A stretch of DNA of 23,255 bases from Azolla caroliniana (lineage: Eukaryota; Plantae; Polypodiophyta). The number at the start of each line of letters is the position of its first letter. Within the stretch, counting starts at the first letter, position 1. The DNA lies in assembly GCA_043228905.1 (NCBI GenBank), contig JBHGNT010000481.1, positions 1 to 23,255 on the forward strand, given 5' to 3'. Below the pieces are notes generated by a model, which saw only the letters and a list, made by a program, of their open reading frames with translations, made no database searches and was not told where the DNA came from. Shown in pieces: positions 1 to 9,532 of this stretch. Position numbers and translations under genes: made by a program.

Positions 1-113
1 AAGTTCCACGCTCTTAGTCCCATCATTCGTGCTCCATTCGAGTCCGCGGTTGGTGTGTCCGTGACAGTTTGAATCCCTTCACATTGGAAGCATCACGTGT
101 CTTCGTCATCGCC

Positions 114-203
114 CTTGCTTCTAAAGTTACCATTGTCACCGTCCTTGCTTCGAGAGTTACCATCATCAACATCCTTGGTTTTAGAGATGCCATCGTCACC
201 ATA
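114..203. repeat. Degenerate 30-bp tandem repeat (3 copies) in CAT/CGT-rich low-complexity DNA
   Basis: CTTGCTTCTAAAGTTACCAT..., CTTGCTTCGAGAGTTACCAT... and CTTGGTTTTAGAGATGCCAT... start at 114, 144 and 174. Confidence 0.75.
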
Positions 204-420
204 GTCACAGTCGTTCCTTCTAGAGACACTTCCTCCTCCTCATCATCGTCTTCATTGCCTCGTCTTCAACATCATCATTTTTTAGCATCTCTTGTTGTCC
301 TCATCAATGCTACTTCGCCCAACCTTCATCGTCATCAACACTACTTTGCACGGTCTTTCATTATCATCATTGTTCCACCCTCTTCATTGTCATTTTCATC
401 ATCTATATATATCATTTTGG

Positions 421-628
421 TGAGGATTGATTTCGATCACTCACCATCACAATTCCGGTGGGGGTTACAACTGCTCACTTTCCTGGTGGGGGTCGAATCA
501 TTGCTCGCTCGCACTCCATTTTCATTTTGGTCCACATTTCGTTCCACTTTCCTTTGATGAGGATCGATTTCGATTGCTCACCTTCTAGTTTTGGTGGGAA
601 TCACAACCACTCACTTTCCTAGGGGGGA
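421..628. repeat. Diverged ~70-bp direct repeat (421-492 and 558-628)
   Basis: TGAGGATyGATTTCGAT..CTCACC...GGTGGG...ACAAC..CTCACTTTCCT.G.GGGG occurs twice. Confidence 0.7.
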
Positions 629-754
629 TTGTGTCAATTTCTCGCTAGTGCTAACGTTTGTGATGTGTTTTGGGTCAACTTCGACTATTTACCCTCTCAT
701 GATAGAAGAGGTCGAGTCGACCGCTTCACCTACACTCCTTCGCCCGTTTCTAGT

Positions 755-915
755 CAGGACCACACATGGTCGCTCACGCCCGTTGGTGTTCCCATTCCCG
801 GTGAGGACCACACACGGTCGCTCATGTCCGTCAGTGTTCGTGTCTTCAATGAGGACCGCACACGGTCGCCCATGCCCGTCTGTGTTCATGTCCCGGTGAG
901 GACCGCACATGGTCA
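755..915. repeat. 48-bp minisatellite, ~3.4 copies
   Basis: sAGGACCrCACAyGGTC units start at 755, 803, 851 and 898. Confidence 0.9.
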
Positions 916-951
916 CACACACACACACACACACTCTCTCTCTCTCTCTCT
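914..951. repeat. Compound (CA)n(CT)n microsatellite
   Basis: Seen directly in sequence. Confidence 0.95.
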
Positions 952-959
952 TACAAGCA

Positions 960-1007
960 CACATACACACACCTTCTTTTGCACAGAATCATACCCGTTT
1001 CTTTACA
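960..1007 (+). repeat. Remnant U5 end of the Copia 5' LTR
   Basis: CACATACACACACCTTC...ACCCGTTTCTTTACA matches the end of the 3' LTR and ends in CA directly before the PBS. Confidence 0.85.
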
Positions 1008-1018
1008 TGGTATTAGAG
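1008..1018 (+). promoter_or_regulatory. Primer-binding site, initiator Met-tRNA type
   Basis: TGGTATTAGAG, one mismatch to the canonical plant TGGTATCAGAG, immediately after the LTR CA. Confidence 0.85.
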
Positions 1019-1167
1019 TGAGGTTGGTAGTTGATCCAAGTCCATCTGCATGTGTTGTGTCTAAGTTCACGTTTGCGAAGAACCGGGCGATCGCTATTGC
1101 AACAATCTGCACAACTCGTATCAAGAGAAGAAGAAGAAGAAAACTCGCTCCATACAAATCGATCAAC

Positions 1168-1459
1168 ATGAACACTAAGATGAGAAGCGCCCTTCCCACT
1201 GAGAAACTCAATAAAAACAATTTCGTATCTTGGGAATACAAGTTGCACCAATACCTTGTTGGCCAAGGCTATTGGGGTTACATCGAGGGTGCGCAAGAAA
1301 ATCAACCCAACCCGACACATGCCCACCACCCAACTTGGGAACAGCTTGGGAACAAGCGGCGAGTTGCGTGTTGTATTGCCTTGCATCATCTATTCATGAT
1401 CACATGCTTGGCTACATCCGAGAGGCCAAAATGCCAAAAGAGGCATGGGGGAACCTCAA
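1168..1459 (+). pseudogene. gag: Copia gag N-terminal part (frameshifted, then interrupted by the Gypsy insertion)
   Basis: EKLNKNNFVSWEYKLHQYLVGQGYWGYIEG...WEQAASCVLYCLASSIHDHMLGYIREAKMPKEAWGNL. An 11-bp tandem duplication at 1334-1354 shifts the frame. Confidence 0.85.
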
Positions 1460-1521
1460 TGTCATGATAACACTCACATCATGCATCAAAAGGATCATGA
1501 CACTCACATTATGACTCGAAA

Positions 1522-1576
1522 GGATTTGAACCCACGACCTTGTTGTACACATGTCAAATCCTTAACCATTGTATTA
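1522..1576 (-). promoter_or_regulatory. tRNA-type Pol III A box/B box pair inside the LTR (also 4066-4120)
   Basis: Minus-strand A box TAATACAATGG (1576-1566) and B box GGTTCAAATCC (1532-1522), starts 44 nt apart. Activity unknown. Confidence 0.5.
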
Positions 1577-1644
1577 ATATTCTTATATGTATAGTCTCTA
1601 GAATATGAAATCTAATATCATAGGAATATTCTATATTACTCTAC

Positions 1645-1781
1645 ATTCTAGAATGACCTAGAATATTCTAGAGTGTTCTATACCACTAGAACCTTCTAGA
1701 ATACTCTAGAGATCTTCTAGATTACTCTACATTCTAGGATAACCTAGAATATTCTAGAGTGTTCTCTATTACTTATAAATA
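1645..1781 (+). promoter_or_regulatory. Heat-shock-element-like nGAAn arrays followed by a TATA box (also ~4188-4324)
   Basis: aGAAccTTCtaGAAt at 1688-1702, 5-bp-phased TTC/GAA blocks at 1646-1678, TATAAATA at 1774-1781. Confidence 0.6.
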
Positions 1782-1818
1782 GGGATCTACCACCCATCCC
1801 AAACCTAAATTGGTTCAA

Positions 1819-1941
1819 ACTGTACCTTCATGGGGTCCATAGCAATACCATTTGACGATACAACATACCCCAAAAATTCCACTTGATTCTGGCCGAAACT
1901 ACACTTTTCTAATTTTGCGTAGAGACCATATTCTTGGAGTT
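1819..1941 (-). pseudogene. Inverted Gypsy reverse-transcriptase C-terminal fragment
   Basis: Minus strand reads [40 protein letters not shown], the typical Gypsy RT KC...FLG motif, antisense to the element. Confidence 0.9.
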
Positions 1942-3990
1942 CAGATGCAGCCGAGGCATTCGAAAGCTTAAAACGAGCATTTACAACGGCACCTATCTTA
2001 GCACATGTCGACCCAACAAAACGCTTCATCCTCGAAGCCGATGCATCCGATTTTGCACTAGGGAGTGTCCTCTCGCAGACTGGAGATGATGGACAACTAC
2101 ACCCTGTTGCCTTTCATTCACGAAAGTTTGAAGCTGCAGAGATAAACTATGAGATCCATGACAAAGAGCTTCTTGCAATCGTGGATTCGTTTCAACAATG
2201 GCGACATTTCCTAGAAGGTTCTTCTCAGCAGATCATTGTCTACAATGATCATAAGAACCTGACTTATTTCCAAAATGCTCGAGTCTTAAGTCGGCGACAA
2301 GCCCGGTGGGCACAATTTTTGACTCAGTTCAATTTTATCATCATATATCGCCCTGGGATGCAACAAGGCAAAGCAAATGCTCTTTCTTGGCGCTCTTATA
2401 TGGAACTTCGTCCAGGGGAACCTGCATTTGAGCTTCAAAAACAAATCCTTTTGGGTCCTAATCGATTACGATTAATGGTAGTTAACGCCATTACAACTCT
2501 CGAAAATTCCACTCTTCTTGATTCCATTTGAGATCATATGGCCACTGATGATTTTGCCAAGGATGTTTTGGATCATATCGTCCCGGATCGTGCTTCTTGC
2601 TCACGGTCAAAAAATCCTCGTAATGACTATTGTCAGTTCTATTGGCATGGTGGTTTTCTTTTTCGACAAAATTTATTGTATGTTCCTGATGGTCCCCCAC
2701 GGCTACAAGTTTTGCAACATTGCCATGACTCACCAATGGCTGGTCATTTTGGAGTTCACAATACTCTAGAATTAATTTCTCGACGCTATTGGTGGCCTCG
2801 TCTTCGTCATTTTGTTGAGGAGTATGTTCAGAGTTGTGATATATGTTGTCGATCAAAGAATCCTCGTCACCGACCCTATGGCTTACTACAACCACTTCCC
2901 ATTCCGGAAACTCCTTGGAAGTCTATATCCTTGGACTTCATTACTGATCTCCCAGTTTCAAAAGGTTTTGATGCAATTCTCACAGTGGTTGATCGATTTA
3001 CCAAAATGGCACATTTCTTGCCATGTACAAAGTCGATTACTAGTCAAGAGGCGGCTGATCTCGTTATGCGGGAGGTATTTAAGCATCATGGTCCGCTGGA
3101 TGATATTATTAGTGATCGTGGTCCACAATTCATCGCAAAGTTTTGGAAGCACCTGTTCAAACTTCTCCACATTTCAGTTAAGCTTTCTTCGGGCTATCAT
3201 CTTGAAACAAATGGCCAAACAAAGCGTACCAACCAGACATTGGAACAATCTCTTCGTTGTTTCATCAACTATCAACAAGATGATTGGGTTGCTTTTTTGC
3301 ACTTGGCGGAATTCGCTTACAACTCAGCCCATTCTTCTACAGGATATTCCCCATTTTTCGCAAATACGGGCTGTCATCCTCGGTGGACGATGAATGCGCA
3401 TCCAGAAGTTCCTACCAATCCTGCAACCGAGGATCGTCTTAGTTGCCTCCAAGAAATTCAAGCTAACATTCTCCACAATTTGCACGATGCTCAATTTACA
3501 CACAAGAGGCTTGCCGATTGTCATCATCTAGACTCCTCAAAAAAGTTCCGCATTGGGGATCATGTATGGCTTCTCCAACACAACATCAAGACCACTCGAT
3601 CTTGTAGTAAATTGGATTACCAACGTTTTGGCCCTTACATGATCACTGGTAAGATAAGTGATGTTGCATTTCGTCTTGACCTCCCTTCGCACAGGCATCT
3701 TCATCCGGTGTTTCATGTATCCCTTTTGGAACCTTATACTACAAGTTCAATTCCGGGCCGACTTACGACACCCCCCCCACCTGTCGAGTTCTTGGACGGG
3801 CCTGAATTTGAAGTTGCTACCGTTCTCGATTCTAAAATCGTGCGCAACAAGCTGTAGTACTTAGTCGATTGGCTAGGTTATACCCCCAATGATCGAACTT
3901 GGGAACTTGCTGCAAATCTTTCCAATGCTACAGAACTCGTCAATATCCTTGTAAACCAGGTCCTAATACAAACCCTACGGTCATCGTCGA
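1932..3990 (+). pseudogene. pol: Gypsy pol remnant: RT-RH connector, RNase H, integrase, chromodomain
   Basis: One frame: [60 protein letters not shown] (catalytic E appears as K), GPY, HPVFHVSLL, EFEVATVLD..L*YLVDWLGY..DRTWE. Stops at 2529 and 3855. Confidence 0.95.
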
Positions 3991-4003
3991 AGAAGGGGGA
4001 TAG
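3991..4003 (+). other. Polypurine tract
   Basis: AGAAGGGGGATAG directly before the 3' LTR TG. Confidence 0.85.
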
Positions 4004-4460
4004 TGTCATGATAACACTCACATCATGCATCGAAAGGATCATGACACTCACATTATGACTCGAAAGGATTTGAACCCACGACCTTGTTGTACACATGTCA
4101 AATCCTTAACCATTGTATTAATATTCTTATATGTATAGTCTTTAGAATATGAAATCTAATATCATAGGAACTTCTATATTACTCTACATTCTAGAATGAC
4201 CTAGAATATTCTAGAGTGTTCTATACCACTAGAACCTTCTAGAATACTCTAGAGATCTTCTAGATTACTCTACATTCTAGGATAACCTAGAATATTCTAG
4301 AGTGTTCTCTATTACTTATAAATAGGGATCTACCACCCATCCCAAACCTAAATTGGTTCAACGCCATTTTGTAGCCTACTCTTTGTAATCCATTTTACGC
4401 TTCAATATAATAATTCTCTTTCTATCTCTTTTTCTCTCTTTCTCTCTCTCAGTCTTGACA
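4004..4460 (+). repeat. Complete 457-bp 3' LTR of the chromovirus
   Basis: TGTCA...TGACA, follows the PPT and is followed by the TSD. Confidence 0.95.
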
Positions 4461-7400
4461 CTCAAAAAGTTAGTCGCGGCCACCGCACGAAAGCTTCAAC
4501 TTCGCCAAGAGTTGAACAACAAATAACATAGGGATATGTCAATCAATAGTTACACCTTGAAGATCAAGGAGTTGTGCGACTTCCTTGGGTCGATCAATGT
4601 TAACATTGACGATGATGAAATGGTGCAGATATGCCTCGGAGGCCTAGCACCTCGGTTCGGTGCCATACGGTCGGAAGTCCTCGTGAGGGAGAATCCTCCC
4701 TCCTTTGATCTCCAATCAATGTTATTGGTCGAAGGAAATCACGTCTGAACGAGGAGCAATGTGGAAGAAGGACACATGCTCTATTCAAACTCGGATGGAG
4801 GAAGGGGACAAAGTTGTGGAAGAAGAGGCTGATTCAGCCAAGGCCCTCACAACCAAGAACAACCCCACGAACAAAATTTCTACTACCGGCAATACGATGC
4901 AAACACACGAAGTGGAATGTCTGGAAGAAGGGGGAGCAATCATGCCAGTAGTCCAAACCGACAAAACAACACCGTACAATGCAGATATTGTGGTAAACTC
5001 GGCCATCATGAGGCAGAGTGTCGGAAGAAGAAGAGTGAGTTGTCCTTCACAAGCCGACAACTTACTAACTACGCCTCAAATTCCGACAACGACAATCATG
5101 GAAAAATGTTCATGATGCGGCATAGAGCAAATTCGATGATGGCATTGTGCCCAACAAGCACTTCTAACTCAGAAAATGTATGGTTTGTCGACTCGGATGC
5201 ATCCAATCACATCACGTCTCATACAGATTGGTTTCGAGAATTGTGAAAGCTCGAACGACTCCGATATGTGGAAACAAGGGATGACACAATTCACCCCATT
5301 CAACATGTTGGTAATGTCCCGTTTGGTGAAGACAACAACCAAACCTACATCAAGAACGTCTTGCATGTTCCAACAATAACGAAGAATCTAGTCTCGGTCG
5401 GCCGGATTGTAACAAGGCATGCAAGTTCGGTTCAACGACAGAGGATGCTTCATTGAAAAGGAAGTCTGAATTATCGCTCGTGGATGAAGAGAAGGTCGAA
5501 TGTTCATCCTCGATTCTCATGAGATGAAATTGGCAATGTTTGCCAAGGGCCATAAAGCCGACGCCGACATAGAGCTATGGCACAAAAGAATCGGCCACAT
5601 TAATCTCCAAAAACTCAAAGCAATGCAGTTGAAAGGAGTCATCATTGGACTCCCGAACTTTAGTGAGAAGGAGATTACAGGTGTATGTGAAGCTTGCCAG
5701 TTCGACAAACAACATCGTCAACCGTTCCCGAAAGAGAGGAACGTAAGCAAAGGAATCCTAGATGTATTACATTCAAATGTATGGGGTCCAACCCAAATGG
5801 CAACATTTGGTGGTTGCTGGTACTATGTCATGTTCATTGACGACTTCTCCAAGCAGACTTGGATATTCCCAATGCGTCAAAAGAGTAAAGTGTTCTTGCA
5901 CTTCTAAAAATTCAAAAATGAAGTAAAAAAGGCAACCGGTCGGCATGTCCGACACCTTTGATCGGACGACGGCAAGGAGTATTTCTCTGATGCCTTCAAA
6001 ACATACCTTCGACAAGAAGGAATTCGATGGGAGTTCACATGTCGACACACACCTTAGTAGAACGGAGTAGCTGAACGAAAGAACCAACATATACTCGAGG
6101 TGGCAAGGACAATGATGAATGAGAAACATCTGCTGAAATCATACTGGGTTGAAGCGGGGAACACGGCCATCTACCTAATGAATCATTGCACAACATCCAA
6201 AGTGCATGATATTACCCCCCACGAGAAGTTCTATGGAAAGAAGTTGAACTTATAACACGTCAGGATATTCAGCTCTATCCCATTTATACATATCCTCGAT
6301 GAAAAGCGGCAAAAGCTCGATCCAAAATCGGAGAAGTGTTTCCTTGTGGGGTACTCGTTCAAATGAGAAGGGTATAAGTGCTTCAAAGGGATGTCATATT
6401 CAATGAATCAACATTTTGGTACACAGTTGACCTAGTTCCATCCGATACAATCGAAACCAACTTCGATATAGACTTGGAGGAGGATGATCGACAAAGACCC
6501 ACACTCGAGGAGAGTCCAACCTCAACCAAATTGAGTGGATTGCGGGAGCCTCCAAGCAACCAAAGCATGTCGCGGCCAAGTCCGAAACTAGACAAAGGGA
6601 AGGCCAAAATGTCAGAGTACAAAGACCTAGATGGAAATGAAACGGCTCACTCACTCGATGGTGAGTAGGGTGGATTGGATATTCCTATCATGAGGACACC
6701 AGGAACCAAGAAAGTGTTCACAACGACAAGTGAAACACCATGTTGCTCCACCCAAGAAAAGAACGTAGTTAGCTAATTTGGCTACAATGACTACATAACA
6801 TATCATTATGCATTCATGATGAAGGTGGTGATAGTTCAGGAGCTGGAAATTTTTTCTCAAGCTTCTAAGGACCTGTGATGGGTCAAAGCAATGAACGAGG
6901 AGATGTAAGCACTCTCCAACAACGAGACATGGGAACTCATCCCCTCTTCACACCACCAAAAGGCAATCAGATGTTGATGGATATTCAAGGTGAAGCACAA
7001 CACCGACGACACTGTCAATCAGTATAAGGCCATGCTTGTGTCAAAAGGGTATCTGTAGACACACGGGATCGATTACGAAGAGACCTTTGCCCTAGTGGCA
7101 AAGATGACTACCATCCGAACTGTGATTGCGCTTGCAGCAACAAAGGGGTGGCACCTCCATCAGATGGACATCAAGAACGCCTTCCTCCAAGGCGAATTAG
7201 ATGAGGAGGTGTACATGGTACAACCACCCGGATTCAACTCGAGTAAGCATCCGACTGTTCTCCGCCAACTCAAAAAGCCTCTCTATGGCCTCAAACATGC
7301 ACCTAAAGCATGGCATTCGAAGATAACCCAATATCTTCACCAAATCAACTTTAGAATGTCCAAGTCTGACAATTCCCTGATCATCTGGAGCGACTCTAGA

Positions 7401-7539
7401 GGACAACTATTCATCATAATTTATGTGGACGACTTGGTCATTGGAGGAGAGCACATCGGGGATATCAAACATACAAAGAAGCTACTCTCCGGCCGATTCG
7501 AAATGAAAGACATGAAGGAGCCACTTTACTTTCTAGGTA

Positions 7540-8382
7540 TAGAAGTAATTCAGACTCCTGGCGGCATCATGATCTCCCAACGTCACTATATCCTCAATCT
7601 GCTCTTTAAGTTTGGGATGACAGAGTGTAAGCCTGTCGTTATCCCCCTCAATCGAAATCGAAACCTAGATGGCGATCTCGACACAGAAGAGTGTGAGCCA
7701 ACATACTATCAACAACTTGTTGGAAGCCTTATTTATCTCACCATTACTCGGCCGGACCTTAGCTACCCGGTCGGCCTCCTTAGCTAGTTTATGCAGACAC
7801 CACGGAACATTCAACTGGATTGTGCTAAGAAGCAATTTAGACTCCCGACGGCATCATGATCTCCCAATGTCACACTATATCCTCAATCTGCTCTTCAAAT
7901 TTGGGATGATAGAGTGTAAGTTGTTAATCCTGGGCCAGACAATCCACTAACACAGGGTGTCCTTCTGGAACACTTCACCAAAGGGGTGGTACGGTAAGGA
8001 ATGGGAAGACCGTAACATAGAACTGACCCTCTTCGATTGTTATCCGGATCGATTAGTTACACGCGTAGAATCAACATCATTAAGCACAGAACTGAAATAG
8101 CAGGATAAACAAGATATGAAAATAACAACACTTCTCTATTAATTATCCATCGTCGGTTACATCATATCCGGATCCTTTTATAGGTATCCGGCTGTGTTAC
8201 AAATCGGTGCCAATCGGCAACCGGCTACGAACCATTACTCGGTCCGACCTTAGCTACCCGGTCGGCCTCCTTAGCCAGTTTATGCATAAACTACAGAACA
8301 TTCACCTGGATTGTGCTAAGAAGCAATTCAGACTCCCGATGGCATCATGATCTCCCAATGTCACTATATCCTCAATCTGCTC
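7540..8382 (+). repeat. Internal tandem amplification of a ~290-bp RT segment
   Basis: 7540-7631 recurs at ~7828-7920 and partly at ~8319-8382. 7740-7830 recurs at ~8231-8321. Confidence 0.85.
7922..8233 (-). mobile_element. Antisense remnant of a Gypsy LTR of the same family as the LTR at 15564
   Basis: 7963-8233 is the reverse complement of 15642-15912 (about 16 mismatches in 271 nt). The minus strand continues to ...GGATTAACA at 7922. Confidence 0.9.
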
Positions 8383-9009
8383 CCGATGCCGATTGGGCCG
8401 GTTACAAGGACGATAGACGATCAACATCGAGATTCATCTTCTCCCTTGGTAGCAGAGCTATATCATGGAGTAGTAAGAAGCAGCCAACAGTCGCACTGTA
8501 GAGCATAGAGGCCGAATGCAAGGGCACGACCATTGCCGCATGTGAAGTCATTTGGCTCAAAAGAATATTGAAGGATTTGGGTGTTCCATCAAGGATCTAA
8601 TTCTCCTCTATTGTGACAACATGAGCAACATCCACTTGGCCCGCGACCCACTATTCCACGCTCGGACTAAGTACATTGAGATGCATTATCACTTTATTTC
8701 AGAGCGTGACCTGGCAGGATATGTCGACCTACAACACATCAACACGAACTTGCTGATGATCGACATTTTCACAAAAGCCCTAGGTGTTGACAAGTTGCAA
8801 CAGTTCACGACTAACCTAGGTCTTTCGACCACCGAACATCCGAGCTTGAGGGGGAGTAAGGAACCGGGAATCGTTCGACATGATGTTGATCGGAGCAGTT
8901 CGACACAGGAGTAAGCTGGTCATCCGAAACCAAAGCCGGAGCTGACCTGAAGACCAGTCCGAACCAATTATTCGGCAACTGGAAGTTGGAAGTTGCATTT
9001 GAAAGGGCA

Positions 9010-9378
9010 CGTTGAGAATCAAACTAAACTTCCCTAGTGTGGGAATACATCTTAGTATACTCAAGTGTGTGAACACCCCACCTCATAGTATAGCAACTAG
9101 TGTGTCATAGAACTTTAAGGTTCTATGACACATATTTAGTAGATAGTTAAGTCTCCACCTCTTTTGCAAGTGGTGGTTGTAGTGAGGGAACATAGAGAGA
9201 ATGTGACTACATAAGCATCTTCTCCTCCTCTTTGTAACTGATGGTTATCTTATTCTCTTGTTAATACAATTTTCGGTTTTTCTATATAACTCTATGTTCT
9301 ATCTCACTTTCTCTCTTTCGACTACATACACACATACACACACCTTCCGTTGCATAGAATGACACCCGTTTCTTTATA
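9010..9378 (+). repeat. Copia 3' LTR (start uncertain: 9010, or 8857 after the first purine tract)
   Basis: Purine tracts GAGGGGGAG (8848-8856) and GAAAGGG (9001-9007). The 3' end matches 960-1007, with CA mutated to TA. Confidence 0.7.
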
Positions 9379-9424
9379 TGATTAAAGAGTATTTCTTGAT
9401 CAAGTACATTATACATAAATAAGT

Positions 9425-9502
9425 GCTCATATATTAAAATGGTTGAGCATGATACCTTGTTGAGTGAGGTTGCAGGTTCAATCCTCACGAACTATGTATT
9501 TT
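9425..9502 (+). repeat. tRNA-derived (SINE-like) fragment
   Basis: A-box-like TATTAAAATGG (9432), B-box-like GGTTCAATCC (9475), TTTT at 9499-9502. No full cloverleaf. Confidence 0.4.
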
Positions 9503-9532
9503 ATGTCATTGTTTTGTGACACTTATCAGCCA

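Larger units (their letters stand above)
1460..1818 (+). repeat. 5' LTR of the chromovirus (last ~99 bp deleted)
   Basis: Matches 4004-4361 with only ~3-4 differences. Confidence 0.95.
1460..4460 (+). mobile_element. Ty3/Gypsy chromovirus (Tcn1-like), internally deleted, nested in Copia gag
   Basis: TGTCA...TGACA termini, perfect 5-bp TSD CTCAA (1455-1459 and 4461-4465), near-identical LTR copies, RH-INT-chromodomain coding order. The clade is inferred. Confidence 0.95.
4461..8860 (+). pseudogene. pol: Copia gag-pol remainder with many stops and frameshifts
   Basis: Gag resumes LKKLVAATARKLQLRQEL. Zn knuckle CRYCGKLGHHEAEC, protease WFVDSDASNHIT, LWHKRIGH..CEAC, HSNVWGP, NGVAERKN, RT HQMDIKNAFL/YVDDL (7422), RH DADWAG, CDN, HARTKYI, DIFTKAL. 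Confidence 0.93.
960..9378 (+). mobile_element. Degenerate Ty1/Copia LTR retrotransposon (5' LTR truncated; two nested insertions)
   Basis: PBS, then gag-PR-INT-RT-RH in Copia order. 960-1007 matches 9331-9378 (about 42/48 nt). Confidence 0.93.

Noticed and set aside
755-915. CRISPR-like appearance of the 48-bp repeat (also the 45-bp and 28-bp repeats)
   Set aside because: Whole units are homologous with no unique spacers, there are no cas genes, and the context is eukaryotic TE DNA
23-1021. Short ORFs in the first kilobase
   Set aside because: They arise from tandem repeats and low-complexity sequence; no recognisable domain
1515-1590. Functional tRNA gene in the LTR (and at 9425-9495)
   Set aside because: Acceptor, anticodon and T stems do not pair; only promoter-box similarity is supported
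2538-3857. 439-aa ORF as a functional or domesticated integrase gene
   Set aside because: It is bounded by premature stops within a longer pol frame, the catalytic E is replaced by K, and it lies between LTRs
9379-9390. TGATTAAAGAGT after the Copia 3' LTR as a second PBS (tandem element)
   Set aside because: Only 8/12 match to the PBS region, and no leader or gag homology follows
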